DNA from: Eledone cirrhosa
Taxonomy: Eukaryota
NCBI GenBank assembly: GCA_964016885.1
Contig: OZ024747.1
Span: forward strand, 92,318,001 to 92,382,000
Reading direction: 5' to 3'
Length of the DNA: 64,000 bases
Positions within the stretch are counted from its first letter, which is position 1, and every line of letters starts with the position of its first letter. The notes beneath the pieces are model-generated. The model did no database searches. It was not told the origin of the DNA and saw nothing but the letters and a program-made list of their open reading frames with translations. Both the position numbers and the translations under genes were made by a program. Positions 17,400 through 33,118 of the stretch are shown here, one piece after another.

Positions 17400-17700
17400 T
17401 ATTAAAGTACTTCGATCGTTCAATCACTTCGAGAATCTAACATTTTTTTAAAGCGCCCTTCTATCCTACCTTCAGAAAAAGCAGCCTCTCCGCTCTGGTA
17501 TCTACGAACCTATCTCAAAAATGAACAGGCTTCTATATCAATCATTTGTAGCCCCTTTGTCTTTAAAGATTCCATTAGCAACGCCTTCGAACTTGTCTGA
17601 TATAAGATCCCCCTATATAAGCTGCCAGTCTATGTATGGGCTTCATCCGTCTATTATCTCTTGGATTAGAAGATCGACGCCACTGCAGATGGATGCTGAC
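17400..17700 (+). mobile_element. Decayed CR1/L2/Jockey-group RT fragment
   Basis: YGLHPSIISWI and upstream degenerate LD-ISNAF motifs; frameshifted. Confidence 0.45.
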
Positions 17701-19889
17701 GATACTCTCTTCGAGACAGACTCTGACGCTTAATGTCACTTACAATAACACACACTCTTGTGTAAAGGTAAATGGAGCCGCTTACATACGAGTAAATTCT
17801 TCAAAGTCACTATAAATTGACGATGATTGCTCAAGGTATCACAAAGATATCATAACAGAGACAAATGTTTCCTTCGAGGCTATAAATATTGCTGACAAAT
17901 ATGATATGAACGTCATTGATTCTTCTTCTTCGCATAACAAAATTCTTGACAACTTTGAAAACAAGGTTATCGCACTGATTTCCAAAGATAAACTCACCAA
18001 TACGATTCAACCACTAACTGAAAAAGTTACTGTTTTGTTTGTTTTCTTTTATTGATTAATTTTGAGGAAAGGAGTAATGACCATGACCTACTTATTCCGT
18101 CTCAAACCGGAGAGCTGCATTTCATTTAATGATCCGTGAGTGGACAACTGTACAAAAGGTGTAACCAAAGAGCTGGTTAGCAATGGTTCGGAAATATTTC
18201 CCTGTCTGACCTAGGAAGTGAAACATATTTAGGTGATGTAAGAAGCACAAGTAGATGAATCTACTTTACAGCTACTTAAGAGAAGCACATATAATTTTAA
18301 ACAGTTTTGAGAGAGCAAAATGTCCTTCTCGGGAAATCTTGGCACTTTACATCAAACCTGCATTGATTCCCCGGACAGAAACCTGGATATTATCCTTTCA
18401 CCAATGAGGTGAAGCTTAGATGTATTATAACATATAATCCTGAACCACAGGTGCGCTAGTTCCTTCAGTCATGAAAACCAGACCTAGTTCTGTCATTGTG
18501 ATCAAACATTTTCTGATCGTGCGCACCGAGTTACGATCCGGCTTATATTAACGGACAACAAAACTTTGAATCTATACTCTCTAATCTGAAGTCTTTGTAC
18601 CTGCATTTGAAAATGAGCTTTGTTTCATTTTTCTCCTTCTAATCAATGGAAAAACATTTTGTTTAAGTTGATTTTAACCTATTCCTTTCTATGCCTTTTT
18701 TCTTTTGTTTTCTTTCGATTACTTTCGATTTAATTTCATAGGAACTCTTTTCTAAATTATTATTTCGACTTGGCTAATTACATTCCTAATCTCCCATAAT
18801 TAAATAATATTTTTATCGACATTTCAAGATATCTATCGAAAGGAAAATATTGTGAACTAAGTATTTATGAGGCTTTAATAACTTTAAGTATGATATTCAA
18901 ATAATTATCAAGATAACTAATTATTTTTAATGTTCACCTATTAAATATTGATATAACATAAATCAAGAAATAGATTTGACATTAATCTTTGATTCGTACT
19001 GTTTGATCAACATGTTTCAAAAAGGATATTAGACACCTGCTTTACAACGAGGTCATTAGTTTCCAATAAGCCAATTGAAACACCACTTCAAAGATGAAAT
19101 TAAGGAAAAGGATTTTCAACATATTTTATTTGCCGATATCATATTGGCTGACATTAAAGATCACTGTAATATTTTATAGTAGTTTAGCAAGTATAATAAT
19201 CCTATTCTATAACTTATTTTCGATGTCCGGATGGTTTGATTTTATTCAGATGTATATTTTATCGCTTCCCAATTAGGATCCCCCTATACCTTTTCATGTA
19301 TTTGTAATAACTTTCGTTTTATAGTAATGCAGCTACACACAGTCATTCACTGCGATTACTAATATGCTCAACTTTAAGCGAATATATACATATTTACTAA
19401 TGCTAGAGATGGCTTTCATTGATATTTCTTCTACGAAATTAGTGAAAATGTTTCGTTTAAACGTGAAGTAATGATTGACTTGAAGTTCAAAGTTTAAATA
19501 CGGAATCAACAGGCGTAAGGTCCTGTTTTGAATCCTTTTTTATACCATATCAGTAGTTATGTAATGGAAATTGTTAGCTGTCACTTTCATGTGAAAATAT
19601 CTATACCACTGATGGTCCGAGAGAAAATGTTAGTCGTCTGCAGAAAAAGTGGACATTATTTGCAATTTTATGTAATATTCGGTTAACATATATTTTATAA
19701 CCTCCCTAGAAAATGTTTCTCCACTCATATGTATCATCTATCGACAATATGACACACGTACGCTTGAGTATTGTTTCGACTATTGACCATTAATTCACAT
19801 TAGTGGTCCGCGGGATTTAAAATTATGAATTTAGTTGACCGTGAAGTTCGACAGTTTGGCGACCACCAATCTATATAATATCAAATGAT

Positions 19890-20078
19890 GTGAGTTTATG
19901 CCTGGAAGAAAGGTTGGCTGGTAAGAGAAAAAGAAGCCGGCAGCCAAAACGATGGCTTGACAATGTCAATTTATGGACTGGACTTGATTTTTGCTCTTTG
20001 AACTCTGCTGCTGGTGATCGGACTTTGTGGAGAGAGTTATCACATGTTAATGCGCAGTCTGCAACTGGCGGAGTTTAG
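19890..20078 (+). mobile_element. RTE LINE 3' fragment
   Basis: GKRKRSRQPKRWLDNVNLWTGL...DRTLWR matches the RTE C-terminal GxRxRGRPxxRWxD motif. Confidence 0.75.
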
Positions 20079-21987
20079 CGTCACAAGATATGTGAGATTC
20101 TAAAAGATATGAAAACGCATGATTTCATTTACATTTCACCTGGCGCCTAAATAAATAACGGAAGATTGTGAATTTACGATTAGTTAATACTAAGGACTAT
20201 CTTCATTTTTGAATTTCAGTCTAGAAAATATTCTTCAGTTTAAATCATTATGTTTACATCTACTAAATTAATGTAAATACTGTGTATAATTCATGTCTAT
20301 GTTAACTACATTTCACACAAATTTTCTTTCTTCCCAGTGTTCTTCAGATTTGCCAAGTATCAAGTCTTATGGTTTCAATTACGTAAAGCAGATAAAACTA
20401 GTGTAGTGTCTAATTTGTTGTTGATAACCTGCTAAATTTGATATGAAATTTTAAAAAGAGCTACAATATGATCAAAAGTATGTAGTTATTAAAACATAAG
20501 CGAAGAAAAACCAACGTATTCTTAGACGAATTTGAGTTTCAAACCGACAGAGAACTTTATTCATAATTTCTGGTTCAAAAACTTTTATAACAATTTCAGA
20601 GATCTGAAAGTCGATTCTTTTTTAAGAGTCAATATAAAAGTATATTTGTGGAAATAAAATCCACTAGACTAACGTCAGTTTACAAATATGATATTAGTAG
20701 CAGTTTCCTCTATTTTTCTCAGAAGGGAAATGAGAATAGTCAGGCTGGTTTTCAGATAAATATTTTGTATATATTATATCTAAAACCAAATATATATTAT
20801 AAGCTGTTTTATTATTAATTTTGTCTGGCAATATTTTATATGATCTGAATTTAATCTTTTAGAAAAAAATCAATAGTTTATATAGTTGTCTCTGCTTCTT
20901 TCATCAAATTTTTATTCAACATTTTATAAAAAAATATAAGAAATAAAAACACCAGATGGACTATACTAAAACTTACTTTCTACATACTATGTGTACTCAC
21001 GTTGGTGATACTTAATATACAAAAGGCTTCAAAAGCATATCTGAGGTAAATCACTAAATATTTTGTTTTTTTACGTTTACAATAATTCCCTCAAATTTGC
21101 CATTTGTCAGTTTTTCCTCTGCTTTGAATTATTCAAAGTTACTCCCATGGTGAATGGATTCAGTGGAACAATACAGACTCAGAAAATGTATATTTAACCC
21201 TACAACTACCATTATACCAAAATCCTCACTGAACAAATGTGTATCTTAACGATTCTACCTTCTCCTAAAATTCATTTCGATATGAGCCTAGACAGTCATA
21301 TGCAGTCACTCAATCTATTAGAAATAGATGTGTTCACTTACAAAAAGAACAGCTACATTGGATAATCTAGTCTGTGATACAACTTTCTGAAAAAATAAGA
21401 CGATGTATCACACTACTCACCAAATGTGAACTGGATCAATGTTGATCCGAGCTTTAAAAACTTTTGAAGTTGAAACGAATTTTTAACTTGTAAGTTTACT
21501 TCTTTTATTTTAATTACCGGATTTCCTTTTTAAACTTACTTTAACAAGCTTTAGACTTACAAAATAAGATTTCTGGTTGCCATATACTGAGATTAATTTG
21601 TGTCAATTGGAATGTCTTTATTCCCAAAACAGAAACTAAGAAAGCGATAAATCGTTGTCATTTATCATTTAATGTGCCGGATGACGATAAATGTTCTAAT
21701 CAATGTCAACCGTAGATGGATTACATACTCTCAGACATTTCAGGAAATTGTTGTTTCGGAAGACTTAAAAATATCTAGACTTCCTTTAGAATATGTTAGA
21801 AATAATTACTAAAAATAACATTCACACATAGACACTTTCAAGTCGCGATTCATATTATGATCTTAATTGATTCATTTATTCATCTGTTGAAATTATATAT
21901 CTATGATATTTTGATGTGATTTATTGCATTATATTTCATTATGAATGCTCTGCGCTTTTAATTGTTAATCCTTTTTTGTTGTTTTTG

Positions 21988-22085
21988 TGTTCCAAGAGGA
22001 AACACAACACACTAGCTCCACTCTTTGGCGGCAGTGGATAAACAGACCCTTAAATATCTCACGTCAAGTCAGTTATGAAAAAGAT
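21988..22085. repeat. ~95-bp dispersed repeat; inverted copy at 25819-25915
   Basis: ccaagagg...actagctccactcttt...aacagaccctt...tctcacgtca...cagttatgaaaaaga is the reverse complement of 25819-25915 with few mismatches. Confidence 0.85.
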
Positions 22086-22285
22086 TTTGTTTTCAAATTG
22101 TTAAAAATAATCATTTTTCCCCATTGATCGGGAAATATTAATGTTTTCTTTCATAGAAAAATGTCAAAGATCTGTGTCAAATAGTCATGTTTGATTCTTC
22201 CTTTCTAACTGCCATTTCAAGAAATCTTTGTGTTGTCTTTAATATCGTTACCACAATCTGAAGATAAGACATATATCTTTAAATT

Positions 22286-22490
22286 ATTAGTTCCTGATTT
22301 AGGCATAAAGCCAGGAATTTGGGGGGAGGGGAAAGTCAGTTAAATCAACTCCAGTACGCTACTGGTACTTTATTTTATCGACCGCGTATAGATGAAAGGC
22401 AAAGCTAATCTCGGCAGCATTTAAACTCAGATCGTAAAGGGACGTAACCCTATGCAATAAAGCTTGTTATCCAGCGCTCTGACGATACTT
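22286..22490 (-). mobile_element. SINE copy with TSD
   Basis: SINE motifs; atatctttaaattatt on both flanks. Confidence 0.85.
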
Positions 22491-23709
22491 AATATCTTTA
22501 AATTATTGAAACAATATAGCGATAGCAAGATGTAAATAATGCTATCTCCCAAATAAGTGTTTTCATTATTTCTTCCTTGCCAAATTAATTATATAATTTT
22601 TCATGTCAATGTTATTTCACCCTTTGCACTGATAACAACGGAGAACGCCAATAACAAACATAACTTGGAATAATTATTGCTCATCTTCATACCATCTGTT
22701 AATAACAACATATGGGTCGGTTTACCTCCATTCATCGTCAAATTATTATTTTTCAAAGGTAACTAAGCCACGGATTATTTGACATGTGACATTGTAAGTA
22801 CTGTACAAGGGTTATATCTTTCAAAATACTCATAATAAATGGAGGACACCAGACAAATATTGCCTAAATGCAAATATGCTTATCTTTTGATTATAATAAT
22901 TTGGCGATCAAATAATTCATTCAAAATCGTTATTTCCCTCACCTAATGACGAATGTATATATCGATAATAATCATTTTAACATGATATATATGGCCTATA
23001 TATTGATAATATATAATTCTACATATCTTATTGATACTTTCAAAATGTTTGCACATAGTATGCGTTATACAGTTCTAAACGGAAGTCAAAAGTAGTGGAA
23101 AACTTTAAATATGGCATCAATTCCTAAAGTTTTTATTTCTCGTATTTTTTTAAAACTTATATCGATAAATTCAGAAAGTAAAATCATTGGAGAGATTTAT
23201 GTATCTAAGCAAAATGTGTATATGTTGCAAACAGCCATAATAAGACATTAAATCGGAATTTTGGGCATAAAATGAAAACAATTTATTTGAAGAGAGGAAG
23301 AAGATAGAGGAATGAACACGAGGAAGACATAAAGAATTCTAAGACGACTGGAGAATCTCTGAAGAGACGAATTGAAATATCAGATAAAACTACACCAATT
23401 TGAAAAGATTCCTTGCATGACATAAAATCCCAAAAGCAATATTACGTTCGAACACCATTATCGAAATATTAAATTTCGCTGTCAATGTAATTATAGTCCT
23501 TGATTTTATTTTGGAATGATTGATTCAATAATTCTTAAAACTAACTTCAGGATGGCTGAACAAATTCCATGGTTTATTCTATATAAAAACTTTCTCTCTG
23601 TTTGTTTCATTTTATCATCACTTCTTAATTCATTATTTTGTCTTTCAAATTCTATTTCCGCCTCCTTCTTCTCCTCATTCTTTTTATCTTTATTTATATA
23701 TACATATTT

Positions 23710-24540
<831 letters not shown>

Positions 24541-26734
24541 TTTATGGGTTTATGTATTATGTTACTCATTTTCCTTCGCTGCTGTCGGAAACAGCTTCAA
24601 TCAAAGACTGATTTATCAACTTGCCGTGATATTTCGTATTCATGTCTTTCATATTTATCCGTTGACAAAAACAGATGCATCAGAAATAAATCAGAGACAA
24701 AGGACTGCACTAACACATCAGTGTCTTTTACGATTATTGTTTTCTTTAATGGCATTTTCGAGCCATCCGCTTTCCTGACCTCTATTCAGGGACGGTCTGC
24801 AACTGTAACAACCAGCAGCAGAAAATAACAAGCTTTAATTGCACAAATATAGCTTCGTTTCTCACTTATAACTATAAGCGATGGATGATTCAGCTACTTC
24901 TACTGGGTTATAAATGTTTACTGCCGCCATATTATAAAACCAATGTAGTGGCCAGGTAGTGTGATCTCCAAATATGAAAATGGCTTATCACTTGCGCTGA
25001 GAAGTCAAATAGAAAAACATTTCAGACAGCACTTTAAGTGTTTAAGTTAAATTCTATTCACACACACTTACACACACATACATACGGATATAACAACATA
25101 CATGAGAACAAGAAAACCAATCATAACTTCTAACAAAATATTACTACAGATTTTATTGATAATAGTACTTTATCAACTAGATCGTATTTTCTCTGATCCC
25201 AAAGCTACAAATATTTGCGTTTGCAATAAATGCGTAGGGTTCGTTATAATGACGTGAAGGTGGAGGTTTTCTCTCATAAATATGATGTAGTTTACCCCAT
25301 AAAACCTGAAAGTTATGAATGTCTAAGCTAGACTGCAAACTATCTATCGAAACATAAAGTTATTAAAGTTTACTTCTGCCACAACTGTGGTCGCAAACAT
25401 TTTTGCCGAATTACGTATTGGTAATTTGCTTCTATCATTTACAATTATCTTTTTGTTAGCATATTCGATTTTATTTTGCATAAAATAGCTTACTTCATCT
25501 TTCAAATACATTGCATGAACATTTGTTTATATTTACTTAATTCATTAAATCAATGTCAAATATAGACACAAAACAGAATGGATGTAAACTACACCTGTTT
25601 TCCTGTTTATTACGAGAATACCGGTCGTTGTGAAGCAGTTTCACTGGCTATAGCTACTTCTTAAGAGCTTGATCGGCTATAACTTAAATGTAGCATCCAG
25701 CCAAAGGCAAAGTGGGTGAAGGGTTCTCATAAGACATAGTCAAATAGAGAAGATGAGTTCAGCTTGTATTGTAAATGCAATAAGGCTAGTGATTAAATCT
25801 TATCATTTTATCTTTTCTTCTTTTTCATAACTGATTTGACGTGAGATATCTAAGGGTCTGTTGATCCACTGTCGTCAAAGAGTGGAGCTAGTGCGCTGAT
25901 TTTTCCTCTTGGCACAATAAATGTGACAAATACTAAAGCGTGTTCAGATTGCTAAGAGACAGTTTTATTTGTAAGTGGATCAGTAGGACTTTGAGGAGAT
26001 TACGACATCTGTCATAAACTACTGTTGAAATAACCTCAAACCTGATATTTATTGGTGAAGGCGTCTCTCGAGTTCAGTTCAATTTATTGATATAGTAATA
26101 CCAACCATTTACACCCATTTTCGTTCTCTTTAAATAAAAGATATGTTTTCTTTAAACTATAATGTGAATCTTTCTTTAAACTATAACGGGAATCTGTCAA
26201 TTCTATCTCCTTAAAGGTACCACAATCTTTACCAACCAATACATTTTATTTGTATCGATTTAAATATTTCTAGGTGATCTGTATTAAAAATTCGTGTTCT
26301 GTGCTACCAAAGAGCCAAAACTGTAGTCACCCTAAATTATTTCTTTCTAGTGAGCTAACAGACACTCTATCGAGATACAACCTGGATAAACTCCTTCGGT
26401 TTGGTCACGTCCACATTAGATGATTCAGAAAATCTAGTTGGTACATGTCAGTCACTCAAAACAACTCGAACGATGTGTCGAACTTTTACACCACCTTTTT
26501 TATTGGATACTCCCACACAGTCGTGCATCTCAGGGGTGATTACAGTCATTCACTGGCCCTTATCAATGAGATATCCCCAAGAATACTTTCAAGCACCTGA
26601 AAAAGTATATATAATATTACCGAGTATATATTACATTACCGAGCACACCGCTGTGCGTCTTGGGTACGTGCAGTGTGTTGTTGTTTTGTTGTTGTTTTTT
26701 TTTTGGGGGGGGGGGAGTCCATTGTATTGAGAGT

Positions 26735-27050
26735 AATATGAGTGTGCTGTGCCTAGTGCTATGTTTTGTATGCTCTATATATTTGTAAGTCTTGAGGCGG
26801 GGTTATTATCTATCTGTATGCTTTTAATCATTACCAGAGCACCTATTATTATAGGTATTGTTTCAGTTTTCCTCATGCACATTCAGGTTATTTTTGTCTC
26901 TAGATCTTTACATTTGGATAATTTCTCTATTTCCTTGGTAGATATATTGTCATCTATGGAGATAGATACATCAATTAGAAAATATTTTTTCTTTGTGGTC
27001 TTTGACTACAATACCAGACTGGAGTGTCTGCTCTTTCACTTCTTGTGAAA
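26735..27050 (-). mobile_element. R4/Dong-like non-LTR element, restriction-like endonuclease fragment
   Basis: Minus strand IVVKD...LIDVSISIDDNISTKEIEKLSKCKDLE...IPIIIGALV, frameshifted. Confidence 0.7.
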
Positions 27051-27277
27051 AGTGAGGGTGGAAAGGAAAGAGCTGCTTCCAGTATATTTGTTAGTGAATG
27101 TAGCGAGAATGTCCCGAGTCAATGTACTTACCCTAAACATGCACCTGTAGGGGGCACTTTCTTGTGGTACTCTTGGAGATTGGGGGGATTTCGGATTTAT
27201 GAGGTGCCTAGATTACACCTGGGTGGTGCTCCCCACTATTGGCGAAATCTGTTGTTACTAATTTATTGTTACTTTGT

Positions 27278-27872
27278 TACCTTTGCCTTTCATCCTTACG
27301 GGGCCGATACAATAAACTACCAGTAGTGCACTGGGGTCGATTTAATCGATCTCCCCTTCCCGTAAAATCGTTGGTCTTGTGCCTAAATCAGAAACCATCT
27401 TTCATCCTAGCAAGGTCGATAAAATAAAGCACCAGTAATGCACTGGGGTCGATTTAATCGACTTTCCGCTCTCGCCAACATTGCTGGCCTTGTGCCTATA
27501 GTAGAAATCATTACTATTATCGATTGGCAGAATATGTAGAGCATCGGACAACATGCTTAGCGACATAGAGTTACGGCCCTTTGCGTTATGAGATCAAATC
27601 CCGTCGAGGGGTCGATAAAATAAAGTACCAGTAATGAACTGCGGTCGACTTTCCCCTAACTCAAAATTGTTGGCCTTGTGCCTAAATCAGAAACCATTAT
27701 TATTGCTGCTGTTAGAGTGTTGGATTGGCAGTACCAGTAGAGCGCCCGACACTATGCTTCACGACATGGAGTTATGTCCCTTTACGTTCCGAGTTCAAAT
27801 CCCGCCGAGGTTAAAAGCACCAGTAACGTACTGGAGTCGATTTAATCAACTTTCCCCTCCATCAAAATTTTT
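27278..27872 (+). mobile_element. Cluster of ~4 SINE copies/fragments
   Basis: Repeated SINE motifs head to tail. Confidence 0.85.
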
Positions 27873-27876
27873 ATGT

Positions 27877-28320
27877 CAGGTCACTCTTGAGTGCTACTGG
27901 TAACATGTAACCCAGTACAACCTATCGCATGGTCGGGTCGTCGGCGACTAAACCGGCAACCTCACCAAGTTTATATGGTGAGGAGGGTGATTTTGGACAC
28001 CCTGCAAGACAAAAAACAAAACCTGACAAAGGGCGGAAGAACTCATAAGAGTCAATGGCCATCTAAAAACAAAAATCATGCTAAATCAATGGGTGGCAGT
28101 AGTTCCAGCTGCACACATCGAAAGACTGGTGTAGTGGTTCTGAGAACAATGTGGCTTTTGCAGATGACCAATGCAAATCGACGATGGAAAGGCGCTCCTG
28201 CTCGAGTTAGAAGAGAACTATTGACCTTCAGGAGAAACAGCGACCCCTGATTGTATTCAGCAACCGAAACAAATACGAAGTACACCAAATCCAATGCTCC
28301 TAAGGGCGGCCCTGGTTCTT
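27877..28320 (+). mobile_element. RTE 5'-UTR-related repeat; opposite-strand copy at ~36830-37100
   Basis: ~185 bp shared (caggtcac...gtgctactggtaacatgt...agagtcaatggccatc); the 36.9 kb copy continues into ctaggagaaggaaaactctg, a motif I recall from RTE 5' UTRs. Confidence 0.55.
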
Positions 28321-29764
28321 CTTATTTGCGAGTGTAAACTTGGCCAGATTAGATTAAATTAGAAAATTACTGGCCTTATGCTTCAATCAGAAACCACTAT
28401 CGTTATTATGGGGTCGATAAAATAAAGTACCAGTAATGCACTGGTATAATTGCTGGCCTTGTGCCAAAAGTAGAAACAATTATTGCTGCTGTTGTTTTTG
28501 TTGTTGTTATATATTCTTTCACTCACTTTTTTTTACACATTATCGTTACTGCTGCCCTTACTTTCTCACCATTTGCTGTTACCCACATTCTGTGCATTGT
28601 TCTTACTTTTTATCACATAAATCATTCAACTAACACCAACCATCATCAACAGAAAACTCAGGCAAACTTCACATCGTAGCTGCCAATTGCAATGATCTCC
28701 AACACAAACACTCGCACACGAAACAACAACTACTATTACAGCTATGACCTCAACAATAATAACAATTTATTCTCACTACTGTCAAAAACCAACAATTTTA
28801 CATAAACCTAATTCGACTGCATGAACTTAACCACCACCGCCACCTCCATACTGTTACCAGCTTCGCCATAACTATACCCACTGTGCATTATAAATGACGC
28901 CACAATAACCACTTACACCACAACCACCACTACCAACACCAACTCAACCAAAGCTATTGTCATACCATTTCCACCGTCACCAATATCATTAAATCTACTG
29001 CCTTAACTCCCACACCCGTAACATCGCTAACACAATATCTCTAATATTACCCAACACGTCAACAATAACAGACATTCTAAATCTGATGTTTGTTTTCGTA
29101 GATTTTTGTTGATTAATTCTCCTTGATAAGTTAGTACTTTCCACCAGCTATAGAAACATTGTGTTAGAAAGTTTTCAGTATGTTCATCTCTGAACAATAT
29201 ACCCATTGTATTCGATGGAACGTTATTCGAATGTTGATGCTTTTCTGTCATGGCTGGTAGTTTTTTTTTTTTTGTTTTTTTTGTTTTTTTCACCACAGAA
29301 TTGGCTTACCACATGTTACTGAGCCGCCAGGGGGTTTGGGAAGTTTTCGAAAATGGTTAGAACGTGACATGCGCAAGAAAATTCCTAACGTTGTCAAGGA
29401 AACATAATGTCATAAGGTTACCGAATTTAGTTTTTGGTTGAAACTTCAAAAGTAATTAAGTTATATTGAACAAATTTGAAGTGAGAAAAATGTCAACAGA
29501 AAAAGGCAGGATCGTGATTAATATATTTTTGCAATATATTATTTTATCACTAGTTATTCTTTTTTCTAATTATTGATATTATTGTTTATTGTTTTTCGTA
29601 TTAGTTAATGGATTCCGCTTGCGTTTTCTTTCTTGTAATTTTCTATTCATTTTCTATCGTTACTTTTCTCGGAATACACTTTACTTTTGACGATCTCAAT
29701 AATGTCATGTATGTATTTTATGTGTTTACTCACAGTTTTTGTACATATGTTATTATGTGTATCA

Positions 29765-30082
29765 GAGTGGCGAATTGGCAAAGTCGATAGAACATCGGAT
29801 AGAATGCTTTATGGTATTGGTTCCGTCTCTGCTCTATGAGTTCAAATCCCACCGAGGTCAACTTTACCTTTCATTGCATTACATTCCACATATCGTCGCC
29901 ACTCCAGCATGCTGTACAAAAAACGTTGTGTAATTGAACCGTTATATGAACAAATGTCTCTTAATATGAGTTCAAATCCCGCCGAGGTTAACTTTGCCTT
30001 TCATCCTTACGGGGTCGATAAAATAAAGTACCAGTAATGTACTGGGTAATTGCTGGCCTTGTGCCTAAAGTAGAAACAATAT
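29765..30082 (+). mobile_element. SINE fragments
   Basis: B-box and body motifs; short-form 3' end. Confidence 0.8.
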
Positions 30083-32184
30083 TAGGACTACGTGACAGGC
30101 TTACAATACCACTAGAAATGGCAGGCATAAGACCGTCTTACACCGCTCAACAAATCAGGAGCAGCTTAATAATACTTAAATAGTAATTAGTCTTTAATAC
30201 TTAAACACCTCATGAGTGTGTCCGTACCTGTATTTATGTTTTCACCTCTTAAGAATCCTTGTAGATTCGACAAATAGAGATTAACAAAATGATAAACCAG
30301 ACTTTAAAAACTAGGTACTGGGGTTGATATGATAGACTAAATTTCCTAATGACTGAAACTAATAAAAAGGATGTGCTAATTTAACTTGAGAAACCAGTAC
30401 TCCAGCATCTGGCATTAAGTATTTTTAATGATGGCAAGTGTTCCAAACTTGGCTTTAAAAGTATTCTTCCTCGAACAAATAGAAGATATATTTGTATTTC
30501 CGTTTTAATAAGAGTTTTCTTCTTGAACATCTAAACCAAATCAATAGCAATACCATTCGGGAAATTGAATGTTTATTTTGGTCCCATCAAAATGTATGAA
30601 CTTTCTTTCAAATAGTAACCCAGTGGGTCACAAGGTTTTCTATCTATCTGTATATTTGGAGGAACAGTTGATGAAAGGATAGACAAATAACCATTTCTAA
30701 TGTAGACACAAGGTGAGCAATCTTTTTCTTTTTTTGGGGGGGTGGGGGAATAAGTCAAATATTAGCCCTTTGTTTTATCGACATCAGAAAGATGTATGAC
30801 GAAGTTGACCTGGGCCGGACTTGAACTCAGAACGGAAATTGTCATGACTAGTGGCCTCAAAGAATTTGATACGATGCTCTTATGATTTTATTAATCCACC
30901 ACCCTAAATGCTTTTGTGATCATGTCCGCGTGATGCAGCCCCAACACCTCCATGACCTAGGCCCCGAGCCCATCATCCTCCCCTTCTTCTGTGACCTCAG
31001 AGCCCTTGCCTTTCACTTCCTTTTCCGTTTTTAAATATCTGAAGTGTTTGAAATAGATTTTTTAATGATTTTTTTAAATCTTTATTATTAGCGCTTTAGT
31101 TACCAGCCTGGCCAAAACTAGTTCTGATTTTATAAAATAAAACCTCCTATATAGTATAAAGACTCGAGGAAACCACATATCGTACTTTCTGTACAAAGAA
31201 ATGTGAATCGTTTATTATTATATTTTCTTCAACATTTCCTTTAACTGGCCACACAATTACCATCTGTTTTGTGATTCTTACTTTTACTCACTTCCTCTTT
31301 TCTTTATATATTTGTTTGTATTTCTCAATCAAAATGATTATTTTGTTATTTATTTTGTTATTTATTTTTTTATTGATTTTGTAGCTGCTCATTTTTTTTT
31401 CTTTTTTATATACCTTACCATTCTTTCTCTATCCTTTGTCCATTTCTTGTTTCAATTGATAACTAATGTGTATGGAAAAAGAAGGGTAAATACTTCACTT
31501 TGAAATATCACCAGATATTTATTCATGAATATTTATATCGTTGGTCTTTATGTTCCCCACTGAAGCACCTGCGAAAATCTGAACACCTCTTTACGGTAAA
31601 ACATTAATATCGTTTAGCCTCGTATAGCTTCTTCTTTCCCTATTCTGAAATACCCACTATTTATGTTGCTGTTATTTATTTTCTTAATTGACTGTTTCTT
31701 ATCTGTTGATGGTATGTTATTTCTTCTTCTTGTTGTTTTTGTAAATGAATGTTGTCAAACTCTGCTAAACTAGTGAAAACGGTAGTCATCAATGTGTATC
31801 GCCAGGAATGCGACATTTAATACCAGATCAGAATCTTTTCTAATAGTAACACTGAAAAATGTTACAAAGATATATTAGTTTTGTCAAAGTGTTTGCTCTA
31901 TTTTGTGATGAAGTGTTGTTATTGAAATTATGAATACCAATGTAGTTCTTACTAATGGGGAAATCACTGATATTGCTGCAGGTGTTGGCTAACTTTCCTC
32001 CGATGATTTATTTTCTATGTGAGCGGCGGAGTGGTGTTGTCGGAGGTTGTGTGTGTGTGTGTGATGTACGTCTATGCTCACGCACAAAAATATACTTGCA
32101 CATTACCATTCATATATATTTTGTTTAGGCAAGGTCAGCCGTAACTCGTTGTGTATGTAAATGAAGCTACTGTACTTAAGAAAA

Positions 32185-32221
<37 letters not shown>

Positions 32222-32226
<5 letters not shown>

Positions 32227-32406
32227 AAAGGAAAAGAATGACTTCACTTGTAGTTCTAAACAATTTGATTTAATTTTATAATATTATAATAACTCATAAT
32301 ATTATTATATTATAAAATAAAATCAAATGGTTTAAAACTACAAGTGAAGTCATTCTTTTCCTTTTTTCAAATATACCGAACTGTACCAAGGATTTCACAC
32401 ATTTTC

Positions 32407-32450
<44 letters not shown>

Positions 32451-32604
32451 GATTAGAACACTGGAAGGTAATATCCGTAGTGGTAGAGCACTCAGTCCAT
32501 GGGACGAGTTTGGTAGAAGTAGTAACGCAACAGTTAGTTCACCATACCGAGAACAATTTGAACAATTGTTCTCGGTATGGTGAACTAACTTCTGTGTTAC
32601 TACT

Positions 32605-32605
<1 letters not shown>
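32222..32605. repeat. Two fold-back hairpins abutting (TA)n
   Basis: 32222-32283 vs 32308-32369; 32517-32558 vs 32564-32605. Confidence 0.9.
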
Positions 32606-32645
<40 letters not shown>

Positions 32646-32709
32646 ATTTCGTATTTCTAAAGAAATTATCCCATATATATATATTGGAATTTCGTATTTC
32701 TAAGAAATT

Positions 32710-32864
32710 ATTCCAGTACATTACTGGTACTTTATTTTATCGACTCCGTAAGGATGAAAGGCAAAGTTAACCTCGGCGGGATTTGAACTCAGATCATAAA
32801 GGGACGTATCTCTATGCTGGAAAGCATGGCGTCCGACCCTCTATCGATACTGCCAATCCACCGC
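32710..32864 (-). mobile_element. SINE copy, 3'-truncated
   Basis: SINE motifs. Confidence 0.85.
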
Positions 32865-33118
32865 TTTATATATATATATTGATTGCCGCTTTTCTCTTTT
32901 AAGAACTACTACATTGTATGCTTATTTTTTATTCTATGTGTGTTGTGTACTGTCAATTACAATTAAGTAATACAGGGAAACCTTTTTTTTAAATTGAATC
33001 TCTTTGACTCGTTTAGAATGATATCTGTTTACCAATAGTATAAATATCTGAAGGATAAGGTTTCATGGGAATAGAATTTTCAGAGAAACGTTAAGGTGAT
33101 GATCTGTAGAAGAATTGA

